Shown: positions 27,442 through 32,000 of the stretch, piece by piece
Numbering within the stretch: position 1 is the first letter of the stretch
Layout of the letters: each line of letters opens with the position of its first letter
DNA from: Crocosphaera subtropica ATCC 51142
GTDB taxonomy: Bacteria > Cyanobacteriota > Cyanobacteriia > Cyanobacteriales > Microcystaceae
Direction of reading: 5' to 3'
Assembly (NCBI RefSeq): GCF_000017845.1
Contig: NC_010546.1
Coordinates: 2,910,001-2,942,000 of the forward strand
Length of the DNA: 32,000 bases
Program-made: the position numbers and the translations under genes
Notes under the pieces: model-generated
What the model saw: the letters and a program-made list of their open reading frames with translations, nothing else
Database searches by the model: none
Told to the model about the DNA's origin: nothing

Positions 27442-27723
27442 TTAACGATAACTTTCTTTTCTGTGTCGAACTGGCATTATTTTAACTTCTCTATTTTTAT
27501 CATCTATTTCGTAAATAATGCGATAAGTTCCAACCCGAACCCGATAATCTTGTCCAGCGTTTTTTAGTTTACGACATCCAGAAGGTCGAGGGTTATTTCC
27601 CAATTCTCTAATAACTGGAATAATACGCTTAAATATCTCAGCAGGTAATTTTCTTAAATCTCGTTCTGCTTGTTTTTCGAGAAAAACTTGATACATCTGT
27701 GGAATAATCTTCCAGAAATTCAT
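27442..27723 (-). CDS. RelE/ParE-family type II toxin.
   Basis: The family pattern is present (YQVFLEKQAERDLRKLP, IIPVIRELGNNPRPSGCRKL and YRVRVGTYRIIYEIDD....V.I..VRHRKESY). The internal ATG at 27696 (MYQVF) is the more family-typical start. Confidence 0.8.
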   Translation of the reverse strand: MNFWKIIPQMYQVFLEKQAERDLRKLPAEIFKRIIPVIRELGNNPRPSGCRKLKNAGQDYRVRVGTYRIIYEIDDKNREVKIMPVRHRKESYR

Positions 27724-27892
27724 CTAAAGAACGAAACTCAAGTTTTTCTTGGCGCATCTTAGCTAACGCTTCTAAATCTTCTATTGCTTCAATTTGTTCT
27801 AACATCTCCTGATAAACATCGATATCCAGGATAACCGATACTGGTTTTCCATTTCTTAGAACAATCTCCGGCTTTTTAGGTTTGGTTGTCAT
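27638..27892 (-). CDS. Phd/YefM-like type II antitoxin.
   Basis: The sequence PEIVLRNGKPVSVILDIDVYQEMLEQIEAIEDLEALAKMRQ is typical of small antitoxins. The gene sits directly upstream of the toxin and overlaps it. Confidence 0.7.
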   Translation of the reverse strand: MTTKPKKPEIVLRNGKPVSVILDIDVYQEMLEQIEAIEDLEALAKMRQEKLEFRSLDEFLEDYSTDVSSFSRKTSRTRFKKITC

Positions 27893-27964
27893 AAATTTAA
27901 CTATCTTAATTAATTTAGCAAAGACTGACTCAATTAATCTCCTTTATCATGCCATTATACAACT

Positions 27965-28348
27965 TTGATTAGACCATCAGTTAAGCGATCACTGTTATTG
28001 ATTCTTTCTATCCTCAATGGTAAAATGACCAATATTTTACTTATGTTATTAAAAAATCTAATTAATTTCGGTAGAATAGCGACTGTCTTCTCTATTACAC
28101 CATTACCTAATTTTCAAACGCAACAGTTTACCTTTGTAGCTTCTTCTAATACATCAACGATCAGATTTCAAAGTTTAATTGATCAAACATTTAACGGTCC
28201 TCTCTTAGATAACGTATCAGTATTCAAAAGTGTACCTGAACCCTTAACCATATTAAGTGTAGGAACTGCGATCGCTTTTGGGACAACATTTAAACGAAAA
28301 CTAGCTAATTTAGAAGCAAAACTCTTAAATTTTGGTTTTTCACCATAA
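27965..28348 (+). CDS. Short PEP-CTERM sorting-domain protein, possibly a truncated remnant.
   Basis: The C-terminus VPEPLTILSVGTAIAFGTTFKRKLA has the PEP motif, a transmembrane helix and a basic cluster. It is preceded by LLDNVSVF, which is common upstream of PEP-CTERM tags. The start is TTG, the N-terminal half is AT-rich and of doubtful coding quality, and no exosortase gene is in the window. Confidence 0.5.
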   Translation: MIRPSVKRSLLLILSILNGKMTNILLMLLKNLINFGRIATVFSITPLPNFQTQQFTFVASSNTSTIRFQSLIDQTFNGPLLDNVSVFKSVPEPLTILSVGTAIAFGTTFKRKLANLEAKLLNFGFSP

Positions 28349-28463
28349 CAACTGAACAAAAACTTGAATTCACCCAATAGGATGATTCAGTTGGGGGAAG
28401 ATTTTAAAGGCGGATTATCCTTCAATAGTTAGATACGTTGCTAGAACTAATAAAGGGTAAAAC

Positions 28464-28922
28464 TTGAAAAGTCCAACAGCAATTAGGCGATCGCCAGAAA
28501 ATCAGATTAAACCTGTTTGTCTTTATGCTAAACAATGTCCCTCTTTAAAAGCCATGAAAGAGAGGGGAAGTATAGAGCATATTTTCGATGACAAACCTAG
28601 TAGAGAAAAAGACTTTGTTCGTGACTTTTTAAGTTATTTAACCATGTCTGCTCTTTGTATTGTCTTGGGATTATTTATTGGGATTTTGGGCTATCATTGG
28701 ACAGCCGGACTCGACTGGATTGACGCTACAGTGGAAGCGTCTATGATCCTCAGTGGTATGGGACCAGTTAGCCCTCTATTGACCAATGGTGCAAAGTTAT
28801 TTGCGTCTCTTTATGCTTTATTTAGTGGTCTAGTCTTTGTGTTAGCAATGGGTGTGGTTTTATCTCCTCTGATTTATAGTTTGATGAAACAATTACGCCT
28901 TAATAAATGCCAGAAAGACTAG
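28464..28922 (+). CDS. Hypothetical membrane protein with about 3 predicted transmembrane helices in the C-terminal 90 aa.
   Basis: 152-aa ORF with a TTG start and alternative ATG starts at aa 31 and aa 61. Hydrophobic segments include ALCIVLGLFIGILGY and LFASLYALFSGLVFVLAMGVVL. I recognise no family. Confidence 0.5.
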   Translation: MKSPTAIRRSPENQIKPVCLYAKQCPSLKAMKERGSIEHIFDDKPSREKDFVRDFLSYLTMSALCIVLGLFIGILGYHWTAGLDWIDATVEASMILSGMGPVSPLLTNGAKLFASLYALFSGLVFVLAMGVVLSPLIYSLMKQLRLNKCQKD

Positions 28923-29254
28923 ATTGTTAGTAACCCCTCATATCTAGTTTCTACCTGAGCAATTAATTCCCTTAAATTGGGATTATTTTCTAATATTTCC
29001 CATACTTGAAAAATATAATCATCAGAGACTTCCTGGAATTTACAGTTTCGTTGTGGCAATAAAGATAAATATTTTTCTAATAAAAGAGTCGTTCCTAATA
29101 ACCATTGTCCCTTTTCTTCATCTTCTATGTGATCATACAATTTTTTGCCATTGTTTAAAGCAGTTTCAATACGGGTTAATTTTGTTTTTTCCTGTTGAAT
29201 CATCCATTGCTGCATATCTTCAGGATATTCCTTAAATCTTTCTCTAATATTCAT
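28919..29254 (-). CDS. Hypothetical soluble protein, predicted helical.
   Basis: 111-aa ATG-initiated ORF with protein-like composition and no recognised motif. Its stop overlaps the stop of the convergent 28464-28922 gene within CTAG. Confidence 0.5.
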   Translation of the reverse strand: MNIRERFKEYPEDMQQWMIQQEKTKLTRIETALNNGKKLYDHIEDEEKGQWLLGTTLLLEKYLSLLPQRNCKFQEVSDDYIFQVWEILENNPNLRELIAQVETRYEGLLTI

Positions 29255-29741
29255 ACTCCAATTATTTTTTGATGCAATTTAACTTAATATTAGTGATTTT
29301 TTACTGTTACACTTTTAATTATTATTAATATTTATACCAAGTTTCATAACTTATTATTTATTCTCATAAAAAAAATACTTAATATAACTTCATCAAAAAT
29401 AACTTTTGGGCGATTTTCCTGAAATTTGCCCGAAAATAAAATCTTGAAGTTATGTAAATTTTCTAAATGTGCTATATTAAATTAACCTAGTCAAACTATG
29501 TAAAAAAATACCTCTAAATTTCTTGAAACCCTATATTTTTCGTATCTTTTAACGCTAAAAAAGCTAAATAAGACAATTTTCAAAACAATTAATACACAAG
29601 AACTATAATAAAGATTTGTAGATTAAACTTGATTAACATAAAAATATATAGTAAAGAGATTATTAATTAAAATTTCCTAAAGAACTTATCCTCATCAAAA
29701 ATATACCGATTCAATAGAAGCAGATTTAATTAATTTGCTTT

Positions 29742-30086
29742 ATGCATGAACTGGGTATTACTCAAAATATTGTTGCTATTGTCTTAGAACAAGCTAGAGG
29801 CGCATCGGTTAAGCGTGTCACCTTAGAAATAGGTAAACTATCAGCAATTATGCCAGAGGCTATTCGTTTCTGTTTTGATATTTGTTGTCAAGATACCCTG
29901 TTAGAAGGTGTAACCTTAGAAATTATTGAAACAGAAGGAAAAGGAAAATGTCGCCATTGTGGTCACGAAATTAGGTTATCTCAACCCTTTGGTCAATGCG
30001 ATCGCTGCGATAGCTTTGAATTAGATATTATTCAAGGACAAGAATTACAAATTAAAGAGATGGAGGTAGAAGAATTATGTGTGTAA
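29742..30086 (+). CDS. hypA: Hydrogenase nickel-insertion protein HypA.
   Basis: The N-terminus MHELGITQNIV is the Ni-binding MHE motif, and CRHCG...CDRCDS provides the zinc CxxC-X12-CxxC site. Confidence 0.92.
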   Translation: MHELGITQNIVAIVLEQARGASVKRVTLEIGKLSAIMPEAIRFCFDICCQDTLLEGVTLEIIETEGKGKCRHCGHEIRLSQPFGQCDRCDSFELDIIQGQELQIKEMEVEELCV

Positions 30087-30913
30087 CTTGTGGTTGTTCT
30101 GATGATCAGAATGTCACATTAACCAATGTTGCAACAGGGAAACTTAAGGAAATTAATGGTCATCATACCCATACGTTAGAAGATGGAACAGTGATTACTC
30201 ATTCTCATGACCACAATCATAAACATGATCATCCTCATAATCATCTCTCAGAAATTCATGCAAAAATGCACGGAACGACTATCAGTTTAGAAGAAAAGAT
30301 TTTACAAAAAAATGACTTAATGGCTGCTCAAAATCGTGGCTATTTTAAAGGTCGTAATATCTTAGCCTTAAATTTAGTGAGTTCTCCCGGTTCAGGTAAA
30401 ACTACCCTCTTAACACGAACCATTAATGATTTAAAAGATAAAATTATCATCAATGTTATTGAGGGGGATCAAGAAACGGTTAATGATGCTCAAAAAATCA
30501 AAGAAACTGGTTGCAAAGTGGTACAAATCAACACAGGAACCGGTTGCCATCTAGAAGCATCGATGGTGGAAAAAGGCTATACAGAACTAAACCCTGAACC
30601 TAATTCAATTCTCATGATTGAAAATGTAGGTAATTTAGTTTGTCCTGCATTATTTGATCTCGGAGAAGCCGCTAAAGTTGCGATCCTATCCGTAACAGAA
30701 GGAGAAGACAAACCCATCAAATACCCGCATATGTTCCGAGAGAGTAAAGTCATGATTTTAACTAAAATTGACTTACTTCCTTACGTTCAATTTGATGTAA
30801 ACAAATGTCTTGAATATGCCCAAAAAGTTAACCCTTCCTTAACTATATTTCAAGTTTCATCCGTGACAGGAGAAGGGTTATCTTCTTGGTATGATTGGCT
30901 AGAAAATCAATAA
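30077..30913 (+). CDS. hypB: Hydrogenase nickel-incorporation GTPase HypB.
   Basis: The N-terminal MCVTCGCSD metal site, a His-rich stretch (HSHDHNHKHDHPHNH), the P-loop SSPGSGKTTLL and the ENVGNLVCPA motif are present. The gene overlaps the hypA 3' end by 10 nt. Confidence 0.92.
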   Translation: MCVTCGCSDDQNVTLTNVATGKLKEINGHHTHTLEDGTVITHSHDHNHKHDHPHNHLSEIHAKMHGTTISLEEKILQKNDLMAAQNRGYFKGRNILALNLVSSPGSGKTTLLTRTINDLKDKIIINVIEGDQETVNDAQKIKETGCKVVQINTGTGCHLEASMVEKGYTELNPEPNSILMIENVGNLVCPALFDLGEAAKVAILSVTEGEDKPIKYPHMFRESKVMILTKIDLLPYVQFDVNKCLEYAQKVNPSLTIFQVSSVTGEGLSSWYDWLENQ

Positions 30914-30960
30914 GCAATCCTGGACTCACAATTTTAAAAGTTTGTGATAAGGTAGATAAA

Positions 30961-31143
30961 GAAAGGCTGCCGTGTTGGTGACTGCCAATAAAGTTTTTTG
31001 ATCTATGCTTTGAGTTTAAGGGCGTTAACCAGCTATCGTGGCAGTAAACCGAGCTTGTACTCGGAAACGGAAACGATAAGCGGTCGATACCCACCTGGTT
31101 TTTCCAGGTCATAAACTGAGGTAAAACGGCACGGCGGTCTTTC
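30961..31143 (+). ncRNA. Candidate structured RNA or 3'-UTR element downstream of hypB (class unknown). The alternative is a MITE-like palindromic insertion.
   Basis: A 14-bp closing helix pairs gaaaggctgccgtg (30961-30974) with cacggcggtctttc (31130-31143). It has 12 Watson-Crick and 2 G-U pairs, which become C-A mismatches on the minus strand. Internal hairpins lie at 31049-31064 and 31093-31109, and a tandem GGAAAC-GGAAAC lies at 31063-31074. No credible ORF covers the region. Confidence 0.35.
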
Positions 31144-31248
31144 AAACTCCTCAGAGTGAATGTCAAGATTTATAGATATTATCGAAACTGAGCAAGACAA
31201 AATCTTAAACTTAACCTAAAATTAAAGAAAACCTAACCATTTTAGGCA

Positions 31249-32000
31249 TTGAGACAACAGACAAATCGTTGCAAAACTTTGGGTTTTCCTGTAAGTGTAA
31301 CCAAACTCGACCAGGGGATAACGGTTGTCCACCAAAATCTTACTATTACCCCTGTGACCGTGGTTGATGTATGGGTCAAAGCAGGGGCAAGAATGGAACC
31401 CCACCACTGGAAAGGAACCGCCCATTTTTTAGAACATATGATCTTCAAAGGAAGTTCAGCTATTCTTCCGGGACATTTTGATCAAGTCATAGAACACAAT
31501 GGGGGCATAACTAACGCCTTTACCAGTCATGACTATGCCCATTTTTTCTTAACCGTCGCCGGCGATCACCTAACCCAGACGTTACCCTATCTAGGAGAAA
31601 TTTTACTCCAAGCTTCCATTCCCGATAAAGAATTTATACTCGAAAGGGATGTCATCTTAGAAGAGATTAGATTATCTTATGATGATCCCGACTGGGTCTG
31701 CTTTCAAAGCTTGTGCGAAACATTATACCAACATCATCCCTACGGCCGCTCAATTCTTGGTCACGAAACCCAACTAAGAGACTATTCAGCCCATCAGTTA
31801 CGATGTTTTCATCGGACTCATTATCAACCCCATAACATGACGGTGGTGGTGGTAGGGAACATTGAAGAAAAGACAGCTTTATCATTAGTTGAAAAGACCT
31901 TTTCTGACTTTAGTGTTCCTTCGGAATGTCCCCCTCATGAAATCATCTCAGAACCCCCTCTAAAAGAAATTAGACGTAATCATATTTATTTTCCGAGATT
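31249..32000 (+). CDS. M16-family (pitrilysin/insulinase-like) zinc peptidase, partial (runs off the right edge).
   Basis: My own translation gives ...VWVKAGARMEPHHWKGTAHFLEHMIFKG..., which carries the inverted zinc motif HxxEH, and ...ERDVILEEI..., which carries the downstream Glu. The frame is open from the TAG at 31243-31245. The first start is TTG at 31249. The ORF track omits it because it is edge-truncated. Confidence 0.85.
   Translation, partial: MRQQTNRCKTLGFPVSVTKLDQGITVVHQNLTITPVTVVDVWVKAGARMEPHHWKGTAHFLEHMIFKGSSAILPGHFDQVIEHNGGITNAFTSHDYAHFFLTVAGDHLTQTLPYLGEILLQASIPDKEFILERDVILEEIRLSYDDPDWVCFQSLCETLYQHHPYGRSILGHETQLRDYSAHQLRCFHRTHYQPHNMTVVVVGNIEEKTALSLVEKTFSDFSVPSECPPHEIISEPPLKEIRRNHIYFPR

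Noticed and set aside
29500-29511. An NtcA-like GTA...TAC motif in the hypA upstream region.
   Set aside because: The spacing is GTA-N6-TAC, whereas NtcA sites need GTA-N8-TAC. In a spacer of roughly 22% GC such matches are expected by chance.
30961-31143. Assigning the hypB-downstream structure to a known RNA class (6S, SRP, tmRNA, RNase P, or a cobalamin, TPP, glutamine, ykkC or NiCo riboswitch).
   Set aside because: The diagnostic conserved boxes of those classes, as I recall them, are absent. Only an 8-nt CCAGGTCA match to SRP domain IV is present. The arms do not pair into the continuous rod expected of 6S RNA. The class is left unknown rather than named.
30843-31166. A 107-aa minus-strand ORF downstream of hypB.
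   Set aside because: It overlaps the hypB 3' end antisense, and its composition is rich in S, L and stop-adjacent codons. The region is better explained by the structured element. The ORFs at 31222-31448 (minus strand) likewise lie antisense to the 5' end of the M16 peptidase gene.
1-32000. CRISPR arrays, rRNA genes, intact tRNA genes, and transposase or integrase genes.
   Set aside because: I found no direct-repeat and spacer periodicity, no rRNA-like conserved blocks, no complete tRNA cloverleaf, and no ORF with transposase or integrase motifs.

Overview
This window is a cyanobacterial chromosomal segment. It carries 20 exact copies of the HIP1 octamer GCGATCGC, STRR-like heptamer arrays at gene ends, and gene content typical of unicellular Cyanothece/Crocosphaera-type genomes. 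I support about 30 protein-coding genes and found no rRNA gene, no convincing tRNA gene and no CRISPR array.

Gene content, left to right:
- A partial repeat-protein gene and a divergent acidic repeat protein.
- A large signal-less GH13 amylase-family enzyme with duplicated starch-binding modules.
- A fused double glutaminase, a SAM methyltransferase and a class-V aminotransferase.
- A Q-rich coiled-coil protein, then a Fur/Zur-like regulator divergent from purS-purQ.
- gloA and an MscS-family channel.
- A minus-strand operon: small membrane protein, ybeY, dgkA, trpG/pabA, and a TAT-signal MBL hydrolase.
- pmbA/tldD.
- An AT-rich, HIP1-free stretch with a frameshifted pentapeptide-repeat gene, a Uma2 nuclease, pepP, ggt, an NHL-repeat protein, a RelE/ParE-type toxin-antitoxin pair and a short PEP-CTERM protein.
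- Two unknown convergent genes, hypA-hypB behind a very AT-rich 487-nt leader, and a partial M16 peptidase.

I do not see a clear multi-gene novel system such as a defence island. The observations most worth follow-up are:
1. A multi-copy intergenic element at 6190-6334, 14018-14097 and 14207-14308, with conserved ends and a looped GGAAA(A)C motif.
2. A roughly 183-nt region downstream of hypB closed by a 14-bp helix whose two G-U pairs only work on the plus-strand transcript.
3. The tandem full-length glutaminase fusion.
4. The signal-less GH13 enzyme with two starch-binding modules.

All homology calls come from recognising motifs in the supplied translations. No database search was run.
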